A stretch of DNA of 62,765 bases from contig CAMNMV010000002.1 in NCBI GenBank assembly GCA_946545015.1, forward strand, positions 1-62,765, given 5' to 3'. Of the stretch, positions 19,201-29,000 are shown piece by piece. The notes beneath the pieces were generated by a model that was given only the letters and a program-made list of their open reading frames with translations, ran no database searches and was not told the origin of the DNA. Position 1 is the stretch's first letter. The number at the start of each line of letters is the position of its first letter. Made by a program: the position numbers and the translations under genes. This stretch comes from an uncultured Clostridium sp. (GTDB lineage Bacteria > Bacillota > Clostridia > TANB77 > CAG-508).

Positions 19201-21070
19201 AGCAGCATTAAAACTTACACTTTCAAATAATATTTCAAATGAAGAAGGAATAGAAGCTGGTAAAGTATTTGCAAATACATTAAGTGTTAAAAATACTTCT
19301 AATGGAAAATTAGAAAATATAACAGTAAATATGGCGATTCCAGAAGGATTCGAAGTATTTGAAATATATGAAATTGGAAATAGTAAAAACTTTACTATTA
19401 TAAGAAAAGATAATACTGCAGTTACATTTAATATAAATGAACTAGCAGCTGGTGCAACAAAAGATATGGTTGTATCATTAAAAACAGTAGAAACAAGTAA
19501 AACAACAAAAGCATTAAAATATTCAGCAACAGTTAATCAACAAACATATTATTCTAATGAAGTAAAAGTTGGAATAAGAGAAAAAGTTGAATCAAAAATA
19601 GAAGCAACTCAAACAGCAAATATTGATGAAGAAGTAGTAGAGACAGGAGATAAATTAAACTATACATTTAAAATTAAAAATACTTCTGAATGTAAAGATA
19701 CAATTACATTTAAAGATACAGTACCAAAAGGAGCTGTTATCAAAAATGTATACTATACAAAAAATGATGAACAAGTAAAAATAGAAAAAGTAACAAACAA
19801 TATGATTTTAGCAGTAATTGAAATAGAACCAGGAGAAGAAATAGACTTAGTTGTAGAAACAGAAATTGATGAATCAAAAACAGGTTCAGAAGAAATAACA
19901 AATTATGCAACAATATCTGGTGAATTATTACCACAAGAAGTAAAAACAAGTTCAATTACATATAAACTAAAAAATAATATTAAACCAGTAAAACCAAATG
20001 ATCCGGATGACCCAGATGATCCAGATGTACCAACAATACCAGGTGAAAAAGATTCTAAATTTACAATTTCTGGTACAGCTTGGATAGATGCAAATAAAGA
20101 TGGTATTAGAGATGAAAAAGAAAAAGTGCTACCAGGAATTAAAGTATCACTTGCTAATACTGAAGAAGGATTTGTTAAAGATTCTAAAGGAAATAAAATC
20201 GAATCTGTAACAGATGCTAAAGGACAATATAAATTTACAGAAATACCAAAAGGTAAATATATTGTAGTATTTGCTTATGACAATGTTAAATATAGAAATA
20301 CAGAATATAGAGCAAAAGCTGCAACAGAAAAAACAAATTCAGATATCATAACAAGTAAAATAGCTCAAGAAGATGGAATTAAATATGGATTAACAGATAC
20401 ATTAGAAATAAGTAAAGAAAGTCTTGAAAATATAGATGCTGGATTTATTGAAAACGAAATATTTGATTTAAGTTTAAATAAATCAATTACTAAAGTAACA
20501 GTACAAAATTCAACTGGAACACAAGTAAAACAATATAATAAAGAACAATTAGCAAAACTTGAAATTGACAGCAAAACATTAGCAGGATCTACAGTACTTG
20601 TAGAATATACAATAGAAGTTAAAAACGAAGGTGAAATTGCAGGTTATGCAAATGAATTAGTAGATTATATGCCAAGAGACTTAACATTTAATTCAGAAAT
20701 AAACAAAGATTGGTATAAATCAACAGATGGAAATCTACATTCAACAGCATTATCTAAAGAATTAATTGAACCAGGACAAACTGTAGCAGTTACATTAACA
20801 TTAGTTAAAACAATGACTGAAGCAAATACTGGTTTAACATCAAATAAAGCAGAAATTGCAAAATCAAGCAATGATTACTTAATACCAGATAAAGATTCAA
20901 AAGCTGGAAATACAGCACAAGGAGAAGACGATATGAGTACAGCAGAATTAATTGTATCAATTAGAACTGGTGTAGGATATACAATAGGAGTTATAACAAC
21001 AATGGTTGTTATAGCCACTGCAGGAACAATAGTCTTCATAAAGAAGAGAAAGGAGGCAAGCCATGAGTAA
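16277..21070 (+). CDS. Giant surface protein, A-type (module 1): DUF11-like repeats, SdrD-B-like unit, C-terminal SIRTG + TM + KKRKE
   Basis: Contains a signal peptide (LILCLTATNFIFAAVNTVYA) and DUF11-like units (GQVIRYSYVIKNTSENAIENV, GDKLNYTFKIKNTSE). PDPDP and DPDDPDDPD linkers precede ISGTAWIDANKDGIRD...GKYIVVF. The C-terminus is a TM anchor. Confidence 0.85.
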   Translation: MEGKLLRKLIAFVLILCLTATNFIFAAVNTVYAISASSELEGGNIVFEAYFKQDETKVIDKTAYVSEGADLYINLAIKAGKLQNASIKIDNANFKIEKDKVDSKYVKGINTDTNEILLNEIGYSDGQAGSVEIKLPVKFEEAQRIDLSYFSMENSITLSGHYINSSENGKDIKSDPIKTRLTWSESSISYNWVPTVEKIVSADNKTIVQVSINSILDKLYLPKESETVTINVPKVGNVTPSYTVLVNGEKLDISKINDDFANQKISFTNNFVDGNSILWDKSGDTYKVIYVYDNTDYLEKPLEFKTQVTTKVYNREAKTSNEMKMASNKPQGTIASVTATSLSNEVYKGYMYANSAETLYTEKYDLELSYTDTVATFKFAEDNFTTESQERKITNGKTVYKELKINKANLVNVLGTTGSLKIVDKNIIVNSNTQADKDGNIVIKTDDAHILKLDLISAENEGTIKIFATKAIQGNAGYDKETLKSINAIETTVKASTDLDQEVSTATARTELKETTTEATLVMNNNNILSTTTANDIEFLATLKTGTMDTDLLKAPTLKLILPEDVDQVTIKSVSALYAEEKLNVADQQVVEEEGRKVILVKLDGEQLSYDNKFIEGIKVTINTEITLKEGTTSKDDVITMKYTNENSTEKEFETPIKVSIQAPYGLMTTATANAEFEGKTADETISAQAINNYGKVIENLSFIGNMPTVEKSKEDFENSIKDSFKATIGETVVDANSITIKYSKDGKEWTDDIEDAKQYKIVLGENTKLNATEKFEVAYTIEVSQVITGHKIAYTLDGMEKVDELKEKVTVKGLEIPDSEPDPDPTPVEPVVNEDGLSVTMTAASANKTITKDDELTAGQVIRYSYVIKNTSENAIENVKFEAEHTNTNVFEYKTDKQTNTIKPDEEISFTFEKEADGKSTVEKQIGTLEAGKEIKLTYQARVKENANKVESTVVVTGKDVEEIKIESANDVKSAALKLTLSNNISNEEGIEAGKVFANTLSVKNTSNGKLENITVNMAIPEGFEVFEIYEIGNSKNFTIIRKDNTAVTFNINELAAGATKDMVVSLKTVETSKTTKALKYSATVNQQTYYSNEVKVGIREKVESKIEATQTANIDEEVVETGDKLNYTFKIKNTSECKDTITFKDTVPKGAVIKNVYYTKNDEQVKIEKVTNNMILAVIEIEPGEEIDLVVETEIDESKTGSEEITNYATISGELLPQEVKTSSITYKLKNNIKPVKPNDPDDPDDPDVPTIPGEKDSKFTISGTAWIDANKDGIRDEKEKVLPGIKVSLANTEEGFVKDSKGNKIESVTDAKGQYKFTEIPKGKYIVVFAYDNVKYRNTEYRAKAATEKTNSDIITSKIAQEDGIKYGLTDTLEISKESLENIDAGFIENEIFDLSLNKSITKVTVQNSTGTQVKQYNKEQLAKLEIDSKTLAGSTVLVEYTIEVKNEGEIAGYANELVDYMPRDLTFNSEINKDWYKSTDGNLHSTALSKELIEPGQTVAVTLTLVKTMTEANTGLTSNKAEIAKSSNDYLIPDKDSKAGNTAQGEDDMSTAELIVSIRTGVGYTIGVITTMVVIATAGTIVFIKKRKEASHE
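20957..21067 (+). other. A1 C-terminal sorting-signal-like tripartite tail
   Basis: SIRTG, then a 23-aa hydrophobic segment, then KKRKEASHE. Confidence 0.5.
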
Positions 21071-24000
21071 GATAGATATATTTAAAAGTATAAAAAATCT
21101 AACTATAGTAGGTATCATACTTGTATTAATAGTAGGTTTACTATCAAGTATGACAACAGCTTCAACAGTTAATGAAGCTGGAACAGTAGGTGACCTTATT
21201 AATTGTACTTATGATGATTCATGGTATGAATTTGACCCTTCTTCAGAAGTTGGAAGAGGTGTTACTGCAGGAACTAACATTCCTACAGATAAACCAGGTG
21301 GATATTGTGTTGACCCACATACATATTATGCAGGAACATATAAAGTAGTAAATATCATAGATATTAATAATAATACAACAGCAAATACTGTAAAAGTATA
21401 TGGTGAAGGTGGATTCGAGAAAGAATATTCTTTCTCAAATCCAAATGTTAGACCATACTTAATGTTAGCATATTTAGCTGATAAAGGTAGAAATGAAGCT
21501 GGAGTATATGGAAATTATATGGCAAACTCATATAAAGTAGCTATGAGTGCAATATTCTTAAATACAACATATAATAATCAAATGAGAAATGCAGGATTAT
21601 CTAGTTATTTAGTACCAGTTTCATATGGTTATGGATCAAGTTCAGCTAAATTACAAGAAGCAATTGTAGAAGCTGAAAAGATGTCAAAACAAGGAAGTAT
21701 GACAGCTGGAAACATAACATATAATCCAACACAAGAAGAAAAAGACAATGTATCAGTAATTCCTTCTGGAGATGGAAAATACTTTGTAGGTCCATATAGA
21801 TTAGGTATAACTGGAGATTGTACTATAGAAGATATAACAATAAATGGTTCAATACATGCAACAGGAATGACAACAGACTTAGAACATGTAAAAACATTAG
21901 ATAATATTGCAGATAACCAAGAATTCTATATTGTAATAAATGAAGAAGTTGAAGAATTTAGTAAAATTAAAGTTAAAGGAAGCGAAACAGTTAGCCAATT
22001 AAGATCAAGATTCTTAATCGTTAGTGGTGGTGCTTCACAAAACTTCTTTATATATAAAGCAGATAGTACACCTGCAAAACCAGAAGTTGAATTAGAAGTT
22101 CCTAAATATGGAACAATTCAAATCTTGAAAAAAGATAGTATTAAAGATAGTAATTTAAAACTTGAAAATATTGGATTCATGGTTTGGAGCGTAAATAAAC
22201 AAGCATATATAATTGAAAACAAAGAAGGTAAAATTGAATATGTAGATTTCAAAACAGCAAAAGCAAATGAATTTAAAACTGATGCTGAAGGTAAAACAAA
22301 AGTTATTAAAAATTTACCTGTAGGTAGATATAAAATTTACGAAACATCTATACCAGATGAATTGAAAATCTATTATGAATTACCAGAAATTGAAATGCCT
22401 GAAAAAGGTAACAAAGAAAAAGTAAAAACTAATGGAAAATTAGTAAGTAACGAAGAAGACAAAAAAGATTATTTTGATATAACAAGTGGTGCAGTAGTAC
22501 CAGTTATAGCAACAAATATAAGAGACTTTACAACATTAGTATTAGAAAAAATTGATAAAGATACAAGTCTACCAGTACCTGGAATAGGATTCAAATTATT
22601 CAGTACAATTAAAGATAAAGAAGGATGGGTTGTTGTAAATGATAAAAATGAAGTAACTGGAACAACAACTGTATTTGATGAAGCAACAGAATTTGTAACA
22701 GGTGAAACTGGTCTTACAGCAAAAATAAATAGAGTACCAGTTGGTGACTATTTAGTATATGAAACAAATTTAGGTTCATATGAAGATGTATATGAAGAAT
22801 TAAAACCTATAAGAATTGCTGGTGGAAATACTGGTGGATTAGGTTTATATAAAGGAACAGCACAAGTTGTAGCTAATGAAAATAATGAATTTAAATTTAC
22901 AGCTAAAAACAAACAAGTTAATATAAATATATCAGGGAAAGTTTGGGAAGATGTTCCAGAACAAAGAAAAAATGATAATGTTCTAAACAATTTATATGAC
23001 CAAGATAGAGACAGATTAATAAATGGAATTACTGTTAAATTAATTGATAGAACAACAGGCGAAGTAATTAAGGAAACAGTAACTAAAGACGGTGGAAAAT
23101 ATAGATTTGAAAAAGTAAAATATATAGAAGAACAAGAAGATGGAACAGATAAAAACTTATTGGAAAATTACTATGTAGAATTTACATATGATGGAGTTAC
23201 ATATCAAAATGTTGTAACACCAGAAAATGAAAAAGATTTAACAAGAACATCAAAAGCATCTGAAAAAGCTAGACAAGCATTTAATGATATATTTACAGAA
23301 CTTACAGGTGAAGGACAAATATTAAATGGAGTTAAATTAACTTATACTAAAGAAGGAAATAATGTATACTCAAATAATATTTGTGATAGAAGAACTAAGA
23401 TTGATGATGAAAATAGATTAGTAAATCTTTCAACATTAGGTGATTTCACAATAACAGCTGTAACAGATGAAAATTACTTAAATAAAGCATATGCAAAATT
23501 AGCAGCATCAACAACAACAGGTACAGAACCAGTTAAAGAAATTACAGATGTTGACTTAGGATTATATCCAAGATCACAATCAGCAGTAATGGTTGTAAAA
23601 GATGTTCATAGTGCAAAACTTTCAATAAATGGATTTAATCATATTTATACATATGGTAAGAAATCTCAAGAATTCTATGAAAAAAGTGCTGAAGACTTCA
23701 ATGTAGGAGTATCATTCAAGAGAAATATGTTATTAAATGGAATGAACCCATACTTAACTCCAGTATATAGATCAGATTATAGATATGAATCTGATGATAA
23801 GAGTAAAGAATTAAAAGTATCTGTAGTATACAAAATCACATTAATAAATAATAGTGCAAATAGATCATTAGTAACAAAAATAAATAAAATAGTAGATTCA
23901 CATGATATTAGATTTACAAATATGGAAGTTGGAACAAAATATGACGAAGCAACAGGTACAATTAGTGATAACTTAGAAGTTAGAGAGTTACCAGCATTAC

Positions 24001-25727
24001 AAAGATTAGGTAGTCCAACTACTAAATATGCAAAAGCAGAAATAAAAACAGATATGGAAATTCCTAGAACAGCTGAAGGAAATTCAAAAGAAATATATGT
24101 AAAATTTGATTTATCAAAAGAACAAATTGGATCAATTCTTGAAAATGGTGAAATCTTAGACAATGTTGTAGAAGTTTCATCATACACAGTAAAACAAGAT
24201 GGAAAATTATATGCATCATTTGACGAACACTCAATACCAAATAATGCTAATCCAGAACTACCAGCTGAATTTGAAGATGATACAGATAATGCACCAGGAT
24301 TAAAATTAGATCCAAAAGATGACAGAACAATGTCAGGTGTTGTATTTGAAGATAATGCAATTTCAGAAGGTGCTGGAAGTGTAAGAAAAGGTAATGGAGC
24401 ATATGATGAAGGTGAAACAACAGTTTCAGACGTAGCAGTAAAACTTATTGAAACTGACAAAGAAGGAAATGTTAAAGAAGACGGAAAAACATATGATGCA
24501 ACAGGAAAAACAACTGCAGATGGTAAATTCACGGTATCTGGATATGTACCAGGATATTATAAATTAATGTATGTATGGGGTAAAAATTCTGAAGGTAAAT
24601 ATGACGTAAATGATTACAAAGGAACAATTTATATCCCAAGAGATACAAGCAAGATGGATTGGTATAAAAATGATAACAGATATTCTGATGCAATGGACAA
24701 TTATGATTTAAGACTTGCAATTGACAGTGGAGATACATCAGTATATAGTGATTTAACAAAAATGGAATCTTCAACAGAAACTTTCGGTATAGGTATAGAA
24801 TATGGTGCTGGAACACCAGGTGATAACATCATAACAATATCTGAAGGAGATAAATTCGTAAGATGTGATGTTTCAACAATGGATTTCGGTATTATAGAAA
24901 GAGCTAGACAAGCATTAAGAATAGACAAAAAAGTTAATTCAGTTAAAGTAACAACACCAGATGGTTCAACATTAGTAGATGCAATTGTAAATGATGAAGG
25001 AAAACTTGAAGGAGCTGCTGGACAAGAATTAAAATATATAACAGGTGGAAGGGATCTTGGATTCTATAAAGTTGAAATGGATGATGATTTAATACAAGAT
25101 TCAAAAGCTAATGTAGGTTATAATATCATAATTACAAATATAAGTGAAATTGATTATGACTCAAAAGAATATTACTTATATGGTGAAGAAAAAGGTAATA
25201 TAATCACATTACAAGCAACTAAGATATTTGATTATCTAAAAGGTGCAGAACTTGACCCTAATAAAGAAGATGACAAATGGGAAATAGTTGATTTAGATAG
25301 AGTAAGAGAAATGAATTCAGCAGTAGTAAAAGATAGAACAGTTATGGAATACTTAAAAGATAATCTAACAAGAGAAATAAGTCCATTAGACGCTACAACA
25401 TCTGAAACAATCTATGTTTTAAAACCATTAACATTAAGTGGTGAAATTGCTATAGATAATAATGCAGAAATTACTAATATAGTAATTGGTGGAACACCTG
25501 TAGATGATGAAGGAAATGCAACAGGACCATCAACAAAATTCAAAACAGCAAGAAAACCAGACTTAGCAAATAGTACATTATTTGCAGTAGCAGAAACAGT
25601 TACAGTAACAAAACCTACTGGTGAAAACAGAGATTATACAGTTATAATAATTAGTAGTATAGCAGCAATTGCAGTATTAGGAGCAGGAGTTATTGTAATA
25701 AAGAAAAAAGTTTTAAATAATAAATAA
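21063..25727 (+). CDS. Giant surface protein, B-type (module 1): SpaA/Cna-B-like units, SdrD-B-like unit, C-terminal KPTGEN sorting signal
   Basis: The ATG overlaps the A1 stop (ATGAGTAA), with aaggagg 6 nt upstream. The protein has a signal anchor and prealbumin-fold-like units (LPVGRYKIYETSIPDE, VPVGDYLVYETN). Other landmarks are SGKVWEDVPEQRKNDN and FGIIERARQ. Confidence 0.85.
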   Translation: MSKIDIFKSIKNLTIVGIILVLIVGLLSSMTTASTVNEAGTVGDLINCTYDDSWYEFDPSSEVGRGVTAGTNIPTDKPGGYCVDPHTYYAGTYKVVNIIDINNNTTANTVKVYGEGGFEKEYSFSNPNVRPYLMLAYLADKGRNEAGVYGNYMANSYKVAMSAIFLNTTYNNQMRNAGLSSYLVPVSYGYGSSSAKLQEAIVEAEKMSKQGSMTAGNITYNPTQEEKDNVSVIPSGDGKYFVGPYRLGITGDCTIEDITINGSIHATGMTTDLEHVKTLDNIADNQEFYIVINEEVEEFSKIKVKGSETVSQLRSRFLIVSGGASQNFFIYKADSTPAKPEVELEVPKYGTIQILKKDSIKDSNLKLENIGFMVWSVNKQAYIIENKEGKIEYVDFKTAKANEFKTDAEGKTKVIKNLPVGRYKIYETSIPDELKIYYELPEIEMPEKGNKEKVKTNGKLVSNEEDKKDYFDITSGAVVPVIATNIRDFTTLVLEKIDKDTSLPVPGIGFKLFSTIKDKEGWVVVNDKNEVTGTTTVFDEATEFVTGETGLTAKINRVPVGDYLVYETNLGSYEDVYEELKPIRIAGGNTGGLGLYKGTAQVVANENNEFKFTAKNKQVNINISGKVWEDVPEQRKNDNVLNNLYDQDRDRLINGITVKLIDRTTGEVIKETVTKDGGKYRFEKVKYIEEQEDGTDKNLLENYYVEFTYDGVTYQNVVTPENEKDLTRTSKASEKARQAFNDIFTELTGEGQILNGVKLTYTKEGNNVYSNNICDRRTKIDDENRLVNLSTLGDFTITAVTDENYLNKAYAKLAASTTTGTEPVKEITDVDLGLYPRSQSAVMVVKDVHSAKLSINGFNHIYTYGKKSQEFYEKSAEDFNVGVSFKRNMLLNGMNPYLTPVYRSDYRYESDDKSKELKVSVVYKITLINNSANRSLVTKINKIVDSHDIRFTNMEVGTKYDEATGTISDNLEVRELPALQRLGSPTTKYAKAEIKTDMEIPRTAEGNSKEIYVKFDLSKEQIGSILENGEILDNVVEVSSYTVKQDGKLYASFDEHSIPNNANPELPAEFEDDTDNAPGLKLDPKDDRTMSGVVFEDNAISEGAGSVRKGNGAYDEGETTVSDVAVKLIETDKEGNVKEDGKTYDATGKTTADGKFTVSGYVPGYYKLMYVWGKNSEGKYDVNDYKGTIYIPRDTSKMDWYKNDNRYSDAMDNYDLRLAIDSGDTSVYSDLTKMESSTETFGIGIEYGAGTPGDNIITISEGDKFVRCDVSTMDFGIIERARQALRIDKKVNSVKVTTPDGSTLVDAIVNDEGKLEGAAGQELKYITGGRDLGFYKVEMDDDLIQDSKANVGYNIIITNISEIDYDSKEYYLYGEEKGNIITLQATKIFDYLKGAELDPNKEDDKWEIVDLDRVREMNSAVVKDRTVMEYLKDNLTREISPLDATTSETIYVLKPLTLSGEIAIDNNAEITNIVIGGTPVDDEGNATGPSTKFKTARKPDLANSTLFAVAETVTVTKPTGENRDYTVIIISSIAAIAVLGAGVIVIKKKVLNNK
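25611..25724 (+). other. B1 LPXTG-like sorting signal
   Basis: KPTGEN, then a hydrophobic helix, then KKKVLNNK. Confidence 0.55.
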
Positions 25728-25775
25728 ACTTAGAATTAATAGATTAGACTTATAATAAATTTTATATAGAACTTT

Positions 25776-25820
25776 CATAAAGAGCAGGTTATACCTGCTC
25801 TTTATGTTTTGTTGTTTTTT
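25776..25820 (+). terminator. Rho-independent terminator of module 1
   Basis: cataaagagcagg / cctgctctttatg 13-bp stem with a 5-nt loop, followed by a T-rich run. Confidence 0.85.
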
Positions 25821-25840
25821 TACTAAAAAGATAAAATATT

Positions 25841-25854
25841 CTTAGGGAAACAAG
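25841..25854 (+). promoter_or_regulatory. CTTAGGGAAATAAG motif copy (one mismatch)
   Basis: Reads cttagggaaacaag, directly after the module 1 terminator. Confidence 0.5.
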
Positions 25855-25899
25855 TAATTAAGGAAAAATATATGTGAAAATATTAAAAAATAAATCTTA

Positions 25900-25919
25900 A
25901 TATTACAAAAATGTAATGT
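25900..25919. promoter_or_regulatory. Palindromic candidate operator in the module 2 leader
   Basis: ATTACA aaaa TGTAAT is a perfect 6-4-6 palindrome. It aligns with ATATTAC-N6-GTAATAT in the module 3 leader. Confidence 0.45.
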
Positions 25920-25944
25920 AAATTTAAAGTATAGTTAGTAAAAA

Positions 25945-25986
25945 GTGTTTCAAATACTTTCCGTAAAGGTATTTGGGACACTTTTT
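25945..25986 (+). promoter_or_regulatory. Leader hairpin presenting TTCCGTAAAG in its loop, followed by T5
   Basis: gtgtttcaaatac / gtatttgggacac 13-bp stem (two G-U pairs) with an 11-nt loop tttccgtaaag, followed by ttttt. Confidence 0.45.
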
Positions 25987-26093
25987 GTAATATTTACTTA
26001 TATATATAAAAAGCTATATTGAATTAATTTATATATAATAATAAGATAAAATTAAGTAAAAATGTCAAAAGAAAAAGTAGGAGGAACCAACAA

Positions 26094-29000
26094 ATGAAAG
26101 GGAAAATTTTAAAAGTATTATTGGTGTTAATGATTATTGCAAGTATGACATTAATCAATTTTTTACACACAGGAATGTTAATTGCATATGCTGCAGGGGA
26201 AAATGCTGAAGAAAATTCAGTAGAATTTAATGCAACAATAAATACTGAAAATGATTATGAAGGAAAATTAAATATTGGTCAAACAGGAAATCTTTATATT
26301 AACTTAAAAGTTAGTAAAGGTTCATTAAATGATGCTAAAATACAGTTGAAAAACTCAAACTTCAAGATGGGAAAAGCAGATAGTAAATATGTAACTGTAA
26401 ATGACAGTACAAAAACTATTGAATTTAATGCAAATGTCCAATATGGAAATAATATAAAAGTTAAAGTTCCAATTACTTTTGAACAACAATCAATGATTGA
26501 TGAAAATTATTTTAATAGAGATACAACAGTTGAATTAGCTGGTACATATGTAGAAGGCGAGAACAGTTCAAATCTAAATATACAAAAAAACATTAAATTA
26601 GGTTGGGAAGCCAAAGCTGAAACAACTTTATCCACACAAATTGAAAAATATGTGGAAATCAGTGAAGGAAAATACTTAATTGAGCAAAAAGTAACAGCTA
26701 CAACTGTAAATAATATTTTACCAAAACAATCTGAAAAAGTTGAAATAACATATGGTGGAGAAAATGATAAATTTCCAAGTGAAATTGTAGTTTTGAAAAA
26801 TGGAAAAAAATTAGATGGAAGTAAAGTAACAAAGGATGAAACAAATAGAAAAATAGTAATAACAACAATGAATGATGTATCTACAGGAAAAGTATTATGG
26901 GATGAAGGAAAAGATATATACAAAGTGATTTATATACTTGAAGAAGAACAACCAAAAACAAGTATTTTATTAAATACTTTAGTTAGCACAAAATTTTATA
27001 ATAGCGAAGAATTAGTAGAAAAAGCAGATAATAAAAATGATAAAGCACAAGAATTAAGAATAAAAGGAGAAATAATAACAACAGAAGCTGAAGGAACAAA
27101 AGAACAATATAAAGGTTATATGTATTATGCAAAAGCCAATGAAACATTATATAGCCAAAAATATAGCATTGAAGTTTCAAATGTTGCAAATGAACAAGTA
27201 ATAAACTTTGAACAAAATGGTGAAGATTTTATTAGAGGAGACGGTAAAAAGCTAGAAACAAATAATTCTACATATTTCAAAAATATATCATTAAGCAAAG
27301 AAAATATAAATAATGTTTTAGGAAATAATGGACACATTGATTTAATATGTGATGGAGTAACATATAGAATTAATGCTAATCAAGAAGCAAATGAAAATGG
27401 ATATATCGTATTTGGAATAGATGAAAATAATTCTAGATTTAGTGAATTAAAATTAACGACAAGTAAAGTAATCAATGAAGGTGTACTAGATATATTAGTT
27501 GATAAAGTAGTAGCTGGAAATACTTCATATAGCAAAGAAGAATTAAAACAAATTGCTAAAATCGAAACAAATGTAAAAGTGCAAGATCAAGAAGTAAGAA
27601 CACAAACACAATTGTTAGATACAGTAGAACCATCTGCTAAATTAACAATTGAAAATGATGTAATTTCCACAATTAATCAAGAAAATAATAATGTAAAAAT
27701 GTATGTAACATTAAATACTTCTTCAAACAAATATGATTTATACAAAAATCCACAAATAGTAGTAACATTACCAAGAGAAGTAGAAGAATTTAATTTTGTG
27801 CATAATGAATTATATGCAGAAGGATTTAGATTAACAAATGAACCTAAATTACAAGTAAATGCTGATGGAACAAAATGTATAATGTTTACTTTTGAGGGTG
27901 AACAAGCAAACTATGGAAACAATGCAGTTGAAGGATTAGTAATTGAAATAAGTGGTAATATTAGACTAAATAAATTGACTCCAAAAATGACTAAACAAAT
28001 TAGTATGACATATTCAAACGAAAATAAAAATTACCAAACATATGAGAAAAAAGCAGATATAAAAATTGTTTCAAAAGAAGGAATATTAACATATACACAA
28101 GTAAAAGGTTATAACGAAGCTGGAGAGACTATTGAAACAATGAGTAATGAACTAGCTGAAGGTACTCTTGATATGGATGCTGAATCTAGAAATGTAAGAG
28201 TAAATATGGCAGTTATAAATAATTACGACAAAAATGTAACTAATGCATTTATATTAGGAAAATTAAAAACAACATATGAAGGAGAAATAACTTCTCCTAT
28301 ACAAATAAGTGGTTTAGAAGGTGCAAAAGTACTTTATAGTACAAATGTTGAAGAAGAAGTAAATAGTAAAAATTGGACAGAAAATTACGAAGGTGCTAAA
28401 GCTTATAAAATTATACTTCCAAATGGACAATTAAAAAGTGGACAAATTATGGGATTTGCTTATAACTTTAATGTGCCAGAAAACTTAGAATATAACGAAA
28501 TAGCAAATGCGGGATATCAATTTAATTATAAATATGATGATATAAATAATAAAATTTCTTCAGTATTCAAATTAGCAACAGAAGAAAAGACATTAACAAA
28601 TCAATTAAAAAGAATAGCAAGAAATAGTAATAAAACATCTAATATTTATAGTGTTAGTGAAGGGGTAAAATTAGATGTTAAAGCTATATCTGCATTAAAT
28701 GAATTAAATGATGGTGATACAGTAAAAGAAGGACAAACAATTAGATATGAAGTTACAGTTAAAAACAATTCACAAGAAGATATTGAAAACTTAAAATTAA
28801 CAGCAAGACATACAAATGCGATATTCTTTGTTGAAAAGAAAGAAGAAAATGTATTTGGCGTAACAAATGGTATACCATATAATACATATATTGATGAAGA
28901 TGAATCAGTAGAAAAATTAGAATTTGAATTAGAAAGATTAGGTGCAGGAGAAGAAAAAACATTTGAATATGAATTTTCTGTAAAAGAAATAGAAGGAGAA

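Noticed and set aside
21063-22100. Possible thioester (TQXA/TED-type) adhesin domain at the B-protein N-termini, based on GGYCVDP in B1, CFCIGHG in B2 and WWYCDEH in B3.
   Set aside because: The Cys context is suggestive. However, I could not find a conserved partner Gln in a TQxA[IV]W-like motif at a comparable position in all three proteins (B2 has YALAKW). The claim cannot be supported from sequence reading alone and needs HMM or structure checking.
23777-24532. Long antisense ORFs inside the giant genes. Examples: 251 aa at 23777-24532, 225 aa at 41631-42308, 149 aa at 35673-36122, 144 aa at 28646-29080 and 138 aa at 26507-26923.
   Set aside because: They are Ser/Phe/Leu-rich mirror images of Lys/Glu/Asn-rich sense codons and lack SD sequences. 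They lie wholly inside strongly supported sense-strand genes, so they are typical shadow ORFs.
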